Virus record (IMG/VR): IMGVR_UViG_3300020718_000012
Coordinates: 3,710 to 67,709 of that record
Reading direction: 5' to 3' (one strand)
Source: a virus
Taxonomy: Duplodnaviria > Caudoviricetes
DNA: 64,000 nucleotides
Below the pieces are notes generated by a model, which saw only the letters and a list, made by a program, of their open reading frames with translations, was not told the origin of the DNA and searched no databases. Below are positions 38,301-48,143 of this stretch, in pieces (positions within the stretch are counted from its first letter, which is position 1; every line of letters starts with the position of its first letter). Position numbers and translations under genes: made by a program.

Positions 38301-38916
38301 CATAAACATATCTGTAAGAAAATTGAAATAATACATTTCTTAAATTATTTTGGGTAGCTGTAATATCATTTTCATATGTAACTTTTGGAGGCATAATTGG
38401 AGGTGCTTTTGCAACTAACAAATATTCATACTTCCAATGTGTACCGTAATTTGATATTATATTTATGTTTTTTGGTGGATTTAATCCATCATTAAAAAAT
38501 AATAAATCACCTTCCGTATCTCTATAAAATATATTTACAGACAAAACTTTATAAGAAGGATTAAAGTTTAAAATATCAATTCCATCACTATCACTTATAC
38601 TTTCTAAAACTTTAACTACTATATTATGTGTTAAATCGTAATATAATATGCTATTATAACCATTGCTATTCCAAAGAAAATAATAAGCTCTATTTCTTAT
38701 TTTATCAGCATAAAAACCTATAATTTTATTTGTACCAGATGGCAATGTGTAAGGTATTAATGTATTACCTAGCATATTTGATACAACCCTATCTTGCCCA
38801 ACTCCTTGAGCATCTTTAGTTATATTTAATGCATCTATATAGTCGTTATTATCTATTCGATATTCAGCGACATCAAGATTCAATTTACCATTAAAAGGAT
38901 TGTTAATTACTGGCAT
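35323..38916 (-). CDS. Tail nozzle/stabilization protein, main part
   Basis: N-terminal F.GKLNLD...YIDALNI...VSNMLGN; FSYRYVY; YFVD.YRGVV.RLS.DGITPLS; GVFDAY. Confidence 0.7.
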   Translation of the reverse strand: MPVINNPFNGKLNLDVAEYRIDNNDYIDALNITKDAQGVGQDRVVSNMLGNTLIPYTLPSGTNKIIGFYADKIRNRAYYFLWNSNGYNSILYYDLTHNIVVKVLESISDSDGIDILNFNPSYKVLSVNIFYRDTEGDLLFFNDGLNPPKNINIISNYGTHWKYEYLLVAKAPPIMPPKVTYENDITATQNNLRNVLFQFSYRYVYVNNEKSVWSSNSIVPLPQQDTLLLTDPVIYNNCRISVSVSTGQQNVKAIEIAFRETTNGVTSDWYLIGSFNKLNNSLTDNSIFTYKFYNNSIYTPLDVIETSQLQDWVPQKANAAELANGNTLLYAGITEGYNKTQMELYASSGRETDGYFFDKCGLGFFATCNGSDSGTSGNILQVYVYGTGTNTSGNVTTLNNPRGIYVINAIDSAYENIGVTYELDADSVEVSDLLNAIKTALIAKGWSFVSIGTNVLTMSYSNGFTLYSSGVKYLYNSSEPVNTVLANSWEAGYQYGVQYFDSVGRTIGTQIGGISSFTTPTSTVYNGITNVEYNYPYTYLEIQNRPPLEAVYYQLVRSNNTTFNKRLFWISLGAYSSSSFDTTTQRFAYIDVANIEDYNLSISSTQGVVSYSFTAGDRIRFIKRYDAANAQHTFVGVYDYEILGTVGSITLSDNTTKVGNFVKIAYPTNDIGYDINFDGSGDYLHYEIFLYNFTSNASSTQRFFYEFGKCFGIGNPGTNLAYHIGLEQSQSPYNPIGVPAIISATNGDLFFRERKVPFNDNYNLSAGPQSQDINSLMLITVPNTPVNTTSYILQSQPFTSTLPTIFSSPNFFFENLLTTKAQTIRLKGDFSVYQSEPSDNTTFYLQAILIDSSNSPKYVPLTASHIVQSQVQTSFNLDASFDVPISTKVWIAVYTDNAGSTNSFTLNSFVLNFSVLKNDTINIIESSFNDTYNLVKNSNGRPSVIDENAAQVYYPVVIRFGQEYQANTSINNINRFYPENLDEYDRSFGDVMRLHVRERYLKVYQKFKVGNVPILTQIIKDSANNPLQANTDKLINKIQYYAGDYGIGDASTSLAWNNFADYFVDNYRGVVCRLSQDGITPLSIIYHTNAFFVPTLTQYRQDLNNGVAPDGQVYTGNPCIYGVFDAYTNKYIIAMEEINRYAPNCTFNGGSAVIVPALCSFNGGTAIRSAGPDCTLVAGSVLTGNCSLTPGSVIVIS

Positions 38917-38919
38917 ATC

Positions 38920-39696
38920 TTATCCCTTAACTGTCATTCTTTGATTAATTAAATTCCATTCGTAAGCTTGGTCTAAATACATAGGTTTAAACTGTGCATT
39001 TGCCAATCTTCTTTGGTTGAAAAACTCCTGCTTTCTATCTCTTTTATCGCCTAAATTTCCCTTTCTATTACTTGGCATAGTTGCTATATCTCTCCATGCA
39101 ATCCAGGCTAATAGTGCCTCTCTAAATTGCAATGGAATCATATATTTTTCTTCTGGGTTAGGACTAGATAAGTATTCAATCATTAAATAATCATAGTAAA
39201 ACTCTTGATTAAGTAAGATTACTCCATTTGCATCATCTATATTAAATGAACCTACAAATGGAGATCCACTAGGATAACCATAAATATTTGTAAAACCATA
39301 ACCATCCCAATAGTTATAAAATATTGGAGCATTGTATATTTGATTCCAGTTAACCAATGTATCATCATCAGTTAAAGCTTGTCTATTTGGCAATTGATCC
39401 CCAAAGAATGTCATTTTTCTATCAAACTGCAATGGAATGATTTGACCAACTGCATTTAATACACCTATTTTAGTATAACTAACATAGTCATTAGGCAATT
39501 GAACTGTATAGTTCGTTAAATCTACAGGCAATTTTACTGACTTAATTTTATAAAAAAAGTCAAGTCCTAATCTTTCCATTCCTCTATAAGCTATGTTATA
39601 AAGCTTGGCATATTTATGAACGCTTTGCTCAGATTCATCAAGATAATCATTGATTATTGAGTCAATTGTTATAAACTGTCTTTCTTGTGATGCCAT
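38920..39696 (-). CDS. Tail ring/adaptor protein
   Basis: LPNDYVSYTK, YLS...P...EALLAWI; position after capsid genes. Confidence 0.6.
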   Translation of the reverse strand: MASQERQFITIDSIINDYLDESEQSVHKYAKLYNIAYRGMERLGLDFFYKIKSVKLPVDLTNYTVQLPNDYVSYTKIGVLNAVGQIIPLQFDRKMTFFGDQLPNRQALTDDDTLVNWNQIYNAPIFYNYWDGYGFTNIYGYPSGSPFVGSFNIDDANGVILLNQEFYYDYLMIEYLSSPNPEEKYMIPLQFREALLAWIAWRDIATMPSNRKGNLGDKRDRKQEFFNQRRLANAQFKPMYLDQAYEWNLINQRMTVKG

Positions 39697-39698
39697 TT

Positions 39699-39971
39699 TT
39701 AATTATTTGAAACGTAAGATAAAATATCTATTTGACGTATTAAATAATGAGGTTCTCCGTTAATAATAACTTCTTCACCTGCATTTTTTACATGAATTAC
39801 CATATCGCCTTTTTTTGCTTCCATTTTCACTTTAGCTGTTCCTCTACCAACTTCAACTACTATTGCTCTATTATTCCTTGACATAGCTGTAGTAGGTATA
39901 AAAAGACCACCTTCTGTAACATTATCTGGTTCGCATGGTTTAACTAAAATTAAATCTCTAATTGGTTTCAT
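39699..39971 (-). CDS. groES: Co-chaperonin GroES
   Basis: MKPIRDLILVKP...TEGGLFIP...VVEVGRG...GDMVI...EVIINGEPHYLIRQIDIL. Confidence 0.9.
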   Translation of the reverse strand: MKPIRDLILVKPCEPDNVTEGGLFIPTTAMSRNNRAIVVEVGRGTAKVKMEAKKGDMVIHVKNAGEEVIINGEPHYLIRQIDILSYVSNN

Positions 39972-39978
39972 ATATTTA

Positions 39979-40611
39979 TTAATTTACATTATCTACGCCA
40001 TCATTTGATTGATCTATTGGTCTTGCTCTTTCAAAAGCTAATTGACCTTTAATATATTCTACAATTACTGGAACATAATCATCAGGAACAATTAATGTTG
40101 ATTCTAAATTTGTTGAATCACCACCGCTAACCATTCTCAATGTTGCTTTATATTCTGTCAAAGGTATTGTGCTTTTAGCATAAATTTTATCAGCCTCTAT
40201 CCAATAAAGAATTTTATTTTGGATTGGTCTTAAATTTTCAATATATCCAACTTGATTCATGCTAAGTGGAATTGCTGTTTGTGATGTTTTTTTATCACCA
40301 ACAATTTGCAATGTTGCTACACCTTCATTTCTACCTAATGCAAATGGAATTTGTGGCAATGCTACTGAATAGGTAACATTATCAACTGTTTCAGCTGCTA
40401 TATCTAAATTAGTATATGTTGTATAAAATGAGTTGTTTATATAAGCAATACCATCTAATTGAACACTATCAGTATAGTTCTTTTTTACAGCTATACCAAT
40501 AGCATCATTTAACCACTGATTAACTTGATTAAATGTGATACTTGCATCATCATTAGGCTGACCATTATAGATTTGCCTTAAGATTCTTTCTATGAATATT
40601 TTTCTAGTCAT
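39979..40611 (-). CDS. Tail ring/adaptor protein
   Basis: IERILRQI...QVNQWLNDA...VPDDYVPVIVEY. Confidence 0.6.
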   Translation of the reverse strand: MTRKIFIERILRQIYNGQPNDDASITFNQVNQWLNDAIGIAVKKNYTDSVQLDGIAYINNSFYTTYTNLDIAAETVDNVTYSVALPQIPFALGRNEGVATLQIVGDKKTSQTAIPLSMNQVGYIENLRPIQNKILYWIEADKIYAKSTIPLTEYKATLRMVSGGDSTNLESTLIVPDDYVPVIVEYIKGQLAFERARPIDQSNDGVDNVN

Positions 40612-40612
40612 T

Positions 40613-41326
40613 TTATTGTCCTTGAGTTGTTACCATATTAGCATATTGTGCAACTTGACCATCTTGCAAATTCACACCTACCAATTTCAATATTCTTGCT
40701 ACAATTTCCAATTTATCAATATCATACCATAATGGCTGCACACTTCCTGTTGGTTGAGTACTTGGATCATATGGATTTGGATTATATACTGGCCTTCCAT
40801 TACTATCTAAATTATATCCCCATATCATTGTTGGGGCATTCATTACATAACTTAAAATTGCTGTTCCTAATGTTTTAGGATAAAATTGTAATCCTCCATC
40901 AGTATAAGTTGAATTTACATTAGCCAATAAATAAACTGGATTTGTTGCTATTGGATCAATTTCACTTTTTAAATATGAATATAAACTATCTTGTTGAATA
41001 AATCTAATTCTATCAAATGTTGAAGTTAAAACAGCATCACCTTGTAAATAATCATCTGGGTATAATGCAATACCATCTGCATTTATTGTTAATGTTACAT
41101 CTTTAAGAAATGGAGCCATTCTTTGTCTAGTATCACTATTTTGACTATAGTTTACTCTTGCCTGAGGCCTTCCTATTTGATATTGCTGAAACTCTCCTAA
41201 CAAATAATCTTGATAGCTTGTTTGAGCCTGATTAGCCAATAGATTAAATTGAGAAGGTGTCAAATATCCATTCTGTGCCTTATTGATGGCATACTGGCAT
41301 ATTTGATACATATCATTAATGTTCAT
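40613..41326 (-). CDS. Tail ring/adaptor protein
   Basis: NKAQNGYLTPSQFNLLANQAQ; YPDDY; first gene after capsid operon. Confidence 0.65.
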   Translation of the reverse strand: MNINDMYQICQYAINKAQNGYLTPSQFNLLANQAQTSYQDYLLGEFQQYQIGRPQARVNYSQNSDTRQRMAPFLKDVTLTINADGIALYPDDYLQGDAVLTSTFDRIRFIQQDSLYSYLKSEIDPIATNPVYLLANVNSTYTDGGLQFYPKTLGTAILSYVMNAPTMIWGYNLDSNGRPVYNPNPYDPSTQPTGSVQPLWYDIDKLEIVARILKLVGVNLQDGQVAQYANMVTTQGQ

Positions 41327-41342
41327 GTACTTAAATTATATC

Positions 41343-41350
41343 CAAATATA
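41343..41350 (-). promoter_or_regulatory. -7 box upstream of ring genes
   Basis: TATATTTG on minus strand. Confidence 0.6.
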
Positions 41351-41352
41351 CG

Positions 41353-41385
41353 AAAAAGCCCTGTAATTTTTAGGCTACAGGGCTT
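41353..41385 (-). terminator. Intrinsic terminator of capsid operon
   Basis: AAGCCCTGTA..TACAGGGCTT 10-bp stem with U-tract on minus strand. Confidence 0.8.
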
Positions 41386-41405
41386 ATTTTATTTGTAAAT
41401 CAATT

Positions 41406-42350
41406 TTAGGATATTTGCAACTTTTTTAATTGCTCCAAGAATTTTTTACTTTCATCATTAGGAAGCATTGCATATTCTACTAAATAGTCTTTAGGATGCT
41501 CGGTACCTGGTATTCTACAAATGAACCCACCATCACCTGCCCAATATGCTGAACCTTTTTTAGAATGAACATCAATCTTATTTTCTAAAATTGCTTTTCT
41601 AACTATGTACGCTACCTCTACCTCTTTACTTCCAGCACTTGCCATGAACTTATTAGGTTGAGCTTCAGCATATAATTCATAGTCATTTCTTAAAGCTTCA
41701 TCAGATTTAGGGAAACCTAATTCATCTATAAAATTGATTCCTAAATAATTAGCATGTTTTTTAAGATCTTCCATAGATGCTAATGTTGCAAATTTAATTG
41801 CTTCAACCTTAGCAATACGCTTCTTAAGCTCAATTTCGGCTTGTCTGCGAGGATTCCATTCAAAAAATGTTAATTTTCTAGTACCTTTTTTATGAGGATT
41901 ATCAATATTAGCATTACATTTTTCTAAAAATTCAATTGCTGAAGTGTCCCAATCTGGAACTCTTAATACTCTCGCATCAAAAATTAAACTCCTTCTGTTC
42001 TTTTCAACAAATGTTTTATCTAAATGTTTTTGCTCATCAATAGAAAGGCTTGGGAAACCATTTAGGAGTCTAATTCTCTCCATTCTTTTAGTTTCTGGAT
42101 TCCAAATATCATCCACACCTTCCATGTGGTATTTACCTTTTTTTGTAGTATCTGTTAACTTGTAAACTTTGTAAGTAACTCCGTTTTGTACCGCACCATT
42201 CTGTGCGTATTGAGATTCTTCTTGTTGTCTATTTTGTATAATGCTTTCATTCTCATATGAAAAAACATCTGATAGACCTGCTGCCTTTAACTTTGCCATA
42301 AATGGTTTTTTAATGTTAAAAATAGGTGGAGGTAAAAATACCCCCACCAT
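41406..42350 (-). CDS. Conserved capsid-operon protein
   Basis: 314-aa ORF directly after MCP; start may be MAKLK. Confidence 0.55.
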   Translation of the reverse strand: MVGVFLPPPIFNIKKPFMAKLKAAGLSDVFSYENESIIQNRQQEESQYAQNGAVQNGVTYKVYKLTDTTKKGKYHMEGVDDIWNPETKRMERIRLLNGFPSLSIDEQKHLDKTFVEKNRRSLIFDARVLRVPDWDTSAIEFLEKCNANIDNPHKKGTRKLTFFEWNPRRQAEIELKKRIAKVEAIKFATLASMEDLKKHANYLGINFIDELGFPKSDEALRNDYELYAEAQPNKFMASAGSKEVEVAYIVRKAILENKIDVHSKKGSAYWAGDGGFICRIPGTEHPKDYLVEYAMLPNDESKKFLEQLKKLQIS

Positions 42351-42371
42351 TTTAGATTATGTATGAGCTAA

Positions 42372-43796
42372 TTAGTTAGCTTGTACAATGATGAATTGGT
42401 TTGCTGCACAAACACGAGTTGAACGGTAAGTAATCATTGCGATTTGATTAGTCATTGTTCCGTCAGTTGGGTTTGGAGATCCACCACCATATTGCCATAC
42501 TCTAATACCATTACCAACAGTTCCGCCTTGAGGTGGTTCTTGGTACATGATAGTGATATTTTTGTATGATTGTGCTGTTCTAGCATCTTTAGACTCACCC
42601 ATTGGGTAAATCAAACCAAAATTACGGAAGTAATCATTTTGAGGAGTTAAACCTGTTGTTACTTCAGTGTTGAATTGGCTATACTTCTTAACGCTTAATA
42701 AATAACCGTCAATGTAGATTTCTTGGAATCCGTAAGAAACTGAAGCCTCTTTAGACTTTTCACCAGTTCCATATACGAAAGCACCAGCAGGGTAAGCTGC
42801 GAAGATACCATCAGAGAAATCTTGCTTTTGGAATACGTCAGATAACCATGCAGATTGTTTAGCGCAACCGTTAACATCCATGATACGAGTGATCTCGTGT
42901 AATTTTTGGATATCTAAGTTACCTGGAGTATAACCTACAGTTTCGCCATCAGCTACTACTTTAGGGATAATACCTTGAGCACCTTGAGAGTTAGTCATAC
43001 CTGCACTGTTGTTAGTTTGCAAGTTACCACGCATTAATTTAGCTTCTACATTGTTTTTGAAACGAACAAGAGTCTTATACATACCCTTATAAGTAAACGC
43101 AGTTACACCATTAGCAGCCATATCCGCAGATACTGGATACTCATAATATGTTTCAGCCATTTGAGCTAAGTCAGTATTGCTCCAACCATCACGAATTTGA
43201 GTGATGTTGTTGTTATACTTCTGATCCAAATGGATTAATGGGTTGATTTGAGTAGAAGCTTCACCAGCATCTGTATCACCACCAAATAATAAAACTTCAC
43301 CAGCTAATAAATTTGTGCTACCAGCAGATTGGAATCCTTGAGCAGATTGCAATGGAGCAACAACAAATGTAAATGCATATGGAGTAGTAGTATCAATTGA
43401 TAAGATTTTACCTTCAATGTTAGAAGAAGCTACACGCAAAGTTTCACCAACTCTTAATGGAGATTCTGTACCACTGTTGTAGTAAGCCTCAGTACCTAAT
43501 GTCAAAGTAACATTAGCACCAGCTGGAGCTGAAACTTGGTTTTGGTTAACAACAGATACCATTAATTTACCTCTGTTCTCAAACCAGAAGAAATTTTGGT
43601 TTTTTACTTCTTCCATTCCAGCATGAGCAGCTAACCACCATGTGAAATCTTCATTGCCATACTTCTCAGTATATTGCTTATAATATTGAGGAGTTAATAA
43701 TTGTAAGTCAACCATAAGTTGACGGTTTTGCGACTGGAGTGATATTGCACCTGGTTGCAAAATATTTGAGGTAGGTATACCTGGACCGCTTGCCAT
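42372..43796 (-). CDS. Major capsid protein
   Basis: 474 aa after scaffold; FFWFENRGKL, GDTDAGEAS, YNNNITQIRD, EAKLMRG, GAQGII. Confidence 0.8.
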   Translation of the reverse strand: MASGPGIPTSNILQPGAISLQSQNRQLMVDLQLLTPQYYKQYTEKYGNEDFTWWLAAHAGMEEVKNQNFFWFENRGKLMVSVVNQNQVSAPAGANVTLTLGTEAYYNSGTESPLRVGETLRVASSNIEGKILSIDTTTPYAFTFVVAPLQSAQGFQSAGSTNLLAGEVLLFGGDTDAGEASTQINPLIHLDQKYNNNITQIRDGWSNTDLAQMAETYYEYPVSADMAANGVTAFTYKGMYKTLVRFKNNVEAKLMRGNLQTNNSAGMTNSQGAQGIIPKVVADGETVGYTPGNLDIQKLHEITRIMDVNGCAKQSAWLSDVFQKQDFSDGIFAAYPAGAFVYGTGEKSKEASVSYGFQEIYIDGYLLSVKKYSQFNTEVTTGLTPQNDYFRNFGLIYPMGESKDARTAQSYKNITIMYQEPPQGGTVGNGIRVWQYGGGSPNPTDGTMTNQIAMITYRSTRVCAANQFIIVQAN

Positions 43797-43842
43797 TTTT
43801 TTATAATTTTATTTTAAATGCTTTGCCAAAGCAATAAACAAG

Positions 43843-45003
43843 TTATGACCATACTGCTTTTTGTAACTCTTCAAATGCTGAACTGCTACTTTGAGTAGGT
43901 GCCGCTTGTGGCGATTGTTTATTTAAAGTTACATTTCCTGAATTTTTAATATAAGCTAATTTGGCTTGTGCATATGCTTCATTTGCAGTTTTTCTTAATA
44001 TCTTATCAAGATTTTCTAGCACATAAAGGTCTTGCATTGTTTGTTTTACATTAGGCCTTCCATCTTCGTAAAACCAACGATTGCCAAATTTATCCTCAAC
44101 ATCAAAGTCAGAAAGTTGTGTTTTTAGAGCTATTCTTTCTTCATCGGAAACATTGAATGAGATTGGTATTTCGACTTCCTCGTCTTTTACCACTAAATCA
44201 AATCCTTTAAAAGTATTATAATCTGACTCTAAAGTTCTTTCATAGGTAGCTCTAGCTTTCTGCATAGACTCAAATTCCTCTTGAGATGCTGCTTCTTGCT
44301 GTTCTAACCCATAAATATCTGGTAACTTTAATTCACTTTTTAATTTTTCTAATTCTGGTCTAATCACTTTAGCAGAAATCATCATCTTTTTTTCAGCATA
44401 ATCAACTTGCGATTGCCATGTTTTCAACTTTACAGCATAATCTTCATCTGTTTCATCATATGCTTGTTCTGGTTTTAAAGGTACGAAATATTGGTCATAA
44501 AATAAAAGATCAACTTCATCTTGAGTTAAATCTTTATATTTATTTTTAATATCTGCCTTTATAATATCAACAGCTAAATCTGGAGTAATTTCACTTGTAG
44601 TTAATTTCTCCAATCTTTTTTGTTGATTTAGAATTTCATAAACATCATCAGTTTTCCCTTCTTTGATAGCATCAAATAAAGTTTTGCTAACATTGTCTTT
44701 AAAATCAAATCCTAATTCAGCAGGCCTTTCTTTTAATTTTTTAAATTCTTGCTCTGCTTCTTCAACACTTTCAAAACCAAATCTTTCTTTAATAAATTGA
44801 TTTGGATCAAATGTTGTAGTTTCTTGTACATTTTGTGACTGTGTTTCTACAGGTGTATTTTGTACATTTTCTGATTGTACCTGAGTATTTTCTACATTTT
44901 GAGTAGGGGCTTCTTCTACTTTTGGTACTTGAATCTCATCCGAAAACGGATTGAAGCCTTCCGCAAAACCTGTAATTGGTTCTGCTGCGTTATTATCTGG
45001 CAT
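43843..45003 (-). CDS. Capsid scaffolding protein
   Basis: Acidic, low-complexity N-terminus, coiled coil, immediately before MCP. Confidence 0.65.
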   Translation of the reverse strand: MPDNNAAEPITGFAEGFNPFSDEIQVPKVEEAPTQNVENTQVQSENVQNTPVETQSQNVQETTTFDPNQFIKERFGFESVEEAEQEFKKLKERPAELGFDFKDNVSKTLFDAIKEGKTDDVYEILNQQKRLEKLTTSEITPDLAVDIIKADIKNKYKDLTQDEVDLLFYDQYFVPLKPEQAYDETDEDYAVKLKTWQSQVDYAEKKMMISAKVIRPELEKLKSELKLPDIYGLEQQEAASQEEFESMQKARATYERTLESDYNTFKGFDLVVKDEEVEIPISFNVSDEERIALKTQLSDFDVEDKFGNRWFYEDGRPNVKQTMQDLYVLENLDKILRKTANEAYAQAKLAYIKNSGNVTLNKQSPQAAPTQSSSSAFEELQKAVWS

Positions 45004-45026
45004 AAATGCTAATTTGGTTTCTATTT

Positions 45027-45656
45027 TTAGTCAATAACTATAACACCTGTTGGACTTATAGTTATGATATATTTTACAGATGGATTAGTAAGTAATTCTA
45101 TTGCATACCAATTTGTTCCATCACCATATATAGGTTGAGTTAATCCACTTGTTGTAAATAATTTATTACTTGTACTTAAAGTTGCTGTAGAAGCATAAAC
45201 TATTTCAGTTCCTTGAGCAATTCCCACATTATTTGCTTCCGCAACTGTTGGGTATGTATTTTTAGACAATACATAAGCATAAGACAAAGGACTATTTGTT
45301 GTAGCACCTTGTAATAATAAATATTGACCTATAATGGTAAACTCTACATTAGAACTAGTTGATGCAGATGTTACATCTCCTTTAGTTGCTAAATCAACAC
45401 CTTTTACAACATCCCAATTTAGTGGAACTTCAGGAGCTGGTAATAATTGACCGTTGATAGCTCCGTTATCATTTGTTGTAAAAAATGAAATTGCTTCAGA
45501 TGGACTTACAAATTGAACTACTGCAGTGTCCCATCCTGATAAATCTTGATAATAATAACCAAGTGAATTAAATGAATCTGTTGCATCAACAGTTTTGCTG
45601 ATTTTTGAGCTAAACTTTTGAAGTCTTATTAAAAGCTTACTTACTGATGTTGCCAT
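45027..45656 (-). CDS. Putative head structural/decoration protein
   Basis: Beta-rich 209 aa between portal and scaffold. Confidence 0.45.
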   Translation of the reverse strand: MATSVSKLLIRLQKFSSKISKTVDATDSFNSLGYYYQDLSGWDTAVVQFVSPSEAISFFTTNDNGAINGQLLPAPEVPLNWDVVKGVDLATKGDVTSASTSSNVEFTIIGQYLLLQGATTNSPLSYAYVLSKNTYPTVAEANNVGIAQGTEIVYASTATLSTSNKLFTTSGLTQPIYGDGTNWYAIELLTNPSVKYIITISPTGVIVID

Positions 45657-45668
45657 TTTTTTTTTATT

Positions 45669-48086
45669 TTATTGTTGTTCTTGTTGAGGTTGTTGTTGTT
45701 CTTCTTCTTGTGGTTGTTCTTGCGGCTGTTCTTGTGGTTGCCCTTGTTGTTGCTGTTGCATTTGTTGTTGCTGTGCAGCTTGCATTTGTTGCTGTTGCAT
45801 TTGCTGAATAACTATTTGTTCTTGTTGATTATCTACCATTAAAGGCATTCCAATATTTTGCAATAATTGTTGAGCTAAAGGTTGCAATTGTGCTGGCAAA
45901 GGAATATTAGCTTTAGCTAAATCTAAAATACCTTGCAACATAATTTCTCTTTGTTTAGCTTGAGTCTGTTTATCTATTAATGCAGCATCACCTTGAGCTT
46001 TAGCTTGTAAACTAGCTTGTTGGATTTGTGCATTTTGTTGACTATTATTTTGTGCATTTTCTTGCTCTGTTTTAATAAATTTCTTTTGAGCTTGCCTAAA
46101 ATATAATTCACCTAATTGTACATTTTCTTTAGCAATTCTCATTACTTTAAATGGATCAACATATAAAACTAAATTCGGATTTGACATCAATGCTTGATTC
46201 ATCATATTTTGCAAATTAGCAACTTCCATTTCAGTTGGTAACATTTTCAATTTAGTAGTAAAATTTCTACCTTTTACTTGATCTTCTTTTAAAATTTCTC
46301 TATATCTTTTAGCACCATAACTTACACTTGTATTTAATAAACAAGCAACTTTTTTAGCTGTATCTTCCATTACATACATATAAGCATCATACATATATTC
46401 AGTAGCATCATTAGCTAAAATTCTTGATGTTTCAACATTTGATGCAGCAACTCTTGGTTGAGATGCTTGTTGCATAAGGTTTGGATCTACACCTAATTCT
46501 TGTGTTAAAACTTGATAATGGAAATTATACAATTGAATTAAAGCATTTAATTGAGGTGCGAAACCAGTATTAGCTAATTCAGTAATTGGGACTGGTATTC
46601 TATTACCCTCAGCATCTCTACCACGATAATATAATTTACCTGTTTGTTCCCAAATTTTTTGAACATCTAATGGTTTTACTGAATCTCCAAGACCTAAATC
46701 TAATTCTTGTAATGCATCTACATCAATTGAGGCACCAGCAGGTACCATCTTAGCTACCATTTGTTGAATCTTCAACCTAGCTAAAATCATTTGCTCAATT
46801 GGCTCTTCAATCTTTTCAGGTACAGCTACATTTCGTTGATCGTAGTTTTGGTACATATAAAAACTATATGAAAACTCTGCATTACCAATTTCTTTAGGAT
46901 CTTGCGGTCTTATCATATTTTTCTTTATACCCCATTCTAACATTGTTTTTGTAACTGGGTTATAAACACCTTTATATATATTCCATTTCTTCTCTTCTAA
47001 ATATTCTTGATTCTCATCTAATTTTTCTGGCTTACCTTTTCTAATAATAGTACTACCATTTTTTTTGGTTTTCGTAACAGTATATCCATCAGAATCTAAA
47101 GTCCTTATTTCAAAATTCATTAAATCAATATTCCATTCATCATATGGTCGCAAATAGGCAATATTCCAATCCTGCATCCATTTTATTTTATCTGTTAATT
47201 GATATTCTTTTGAAAATTGAGCTAATTGAAAAATTTGTTCTTCTGTTAAAATACCACCATTTTGTTTACCATATCTTGCACGAACTTCACTAATCTTCAT
47301 TGAAGATATATGACCTCTATAAGCAGTATCTCTAAAATCTGGATAATCTGAATAAGAATAAATTGCATTTTCAGGTCTAATCCATTCAACATGAACTTCT
47401 CCCTCATCATCCATCCAAGTATATGTACAAACTAAACCAACTTCGGCAGAATCATGAAGTATTCTTTCTTTTAAAACATCAGTCCATCCATTCGCTTCAA
47501 AAACATTATTAACACCTAAACTATATAATATTTCTTCAGGTAATTTATTAAATTCACTTCTCCATAAATCTAAATCATCTTTATCTTCTGCAACAAATTG
47601 ATTTTTTGAAACAACTGGAACACCTGACTCTTGCTGTAATTGCGCTAAAATTTCTTTATTTTCATAAATAAATTCTGCTTCATCTATGATTTCTTGTTTT
47701 TTAGTAAGTGACGTTGGATCAACTGCCGTAACTTCAATTTTTTCATTTCTTGACATCCAAGAACTTACTAATCTACCAACTATAGTATTACCAATAATAA
47801 TTGATTTCCAATTAATATTTACATAGTTAGCTTTGCCATTCATTTCAAGGCGATCTAAAAATACACTCATGTCAATTTTACCATTGGCAATTTGTCTATT
47901 CTTTCTAAAACGATTATTCCTTATCCAGAAATATGTTTGATTACCATAAATTGTGGCATAAATATTTTGGGCAACTTTTCTACCGTATTCTAAATCAGAT
48001 TTAGATTTAACATCAGTAGTTAGCTGAAACGATTTTAATGCTTGACCTGAATCATAAGCATTTATGTCTAATGGATTTGAAGCCAA
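45669..48086 (-). CDS. Portal protein
   Basis: 805 aa after TerL; QLTHLKLQQ-like MILARLKIQQMVAK, IDVDAL, QTGKLYYRG; Gln-rich tail. Confidence 0.82.
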   Translation of the reverse strand: MASNPLDINAYDSGQALKSFQLTTDVKSKSDLEYGRKVAQNIYATIYGNQTYFWIRNNRFRKNRQIANGKIDMSVFLDRLEMNGKANYVNINWKSIIIGNTIVGRLVSSWMSRNEKIEVTAVDPTSLTKKQEIIDEAEFIYENKEILAQLQQESGVPVVSKNQFVAEDKDDLDLWRSEFNKLPEEILYSLGVNNVFEANGWTDVLKERILHDSAEVGLVCTYTWMDDEGEVHVEWIRPENAIYSYSDYPDFRDTAYRGHISSMKISEVRARYGKQNGGILTEEQIFQLAQFSKEYQLTDKIKWMQDWNIAYLRPYDEWNIDLMNFEIRTLDSDGYTVTKTKKNGSTIIRKGKPEKLDENQEYLEEKKWNIYKGVYNPVTKTMLEWGIKKNMIRPQDPKEIGNAEFSYSFYMYQNYDQRNVAVPEKIEEPIEQMILARLKIQQMVAKMVPAGASIDVDALQELDLGLGDSVKPLDVQKIWEQTGKLYYRGRDAEGNRIPVPITELANTGFAPQLNALIQLYNFHYQVLTQELGVDPNLMQQASQPRVAASNVETSRILANDATEYMYDAYMYVMEDTAKKVACLLNTSVSYGAKRYREILKEDQVKGRNFTTKLKMLPTEMEVANLQNMMNQALMSNPNLVLYVDPFKVMRIAKENVQLGELYFRQAQKKFIKTEQENAQNNSQQNAQIQQASLQAKAQGDAALIDKQTQAKQREIMLQGILDLAKANIPLPAQLQPLAQQLLQNIGMPLMVDNQQEQIVIQQMQQQQMQAAQQQQMQQQQQGQPQEQPQEQPQEEEQQQPQQEQQ

Positions 48087-48105
48087 TTTACCTGTATTTT
48101 GTTGT

Positions 48106-48113
48106 CAAATATA
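48106..48113 (-). promoter_or_regulatory. -7 box upstream of portal
   Basis: TATATTTG on minus strand. Confidence 0.55.
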
Positions 48114-48143
48114 CCAAAAATTCAACAATTAGTTAAAAAAAAT

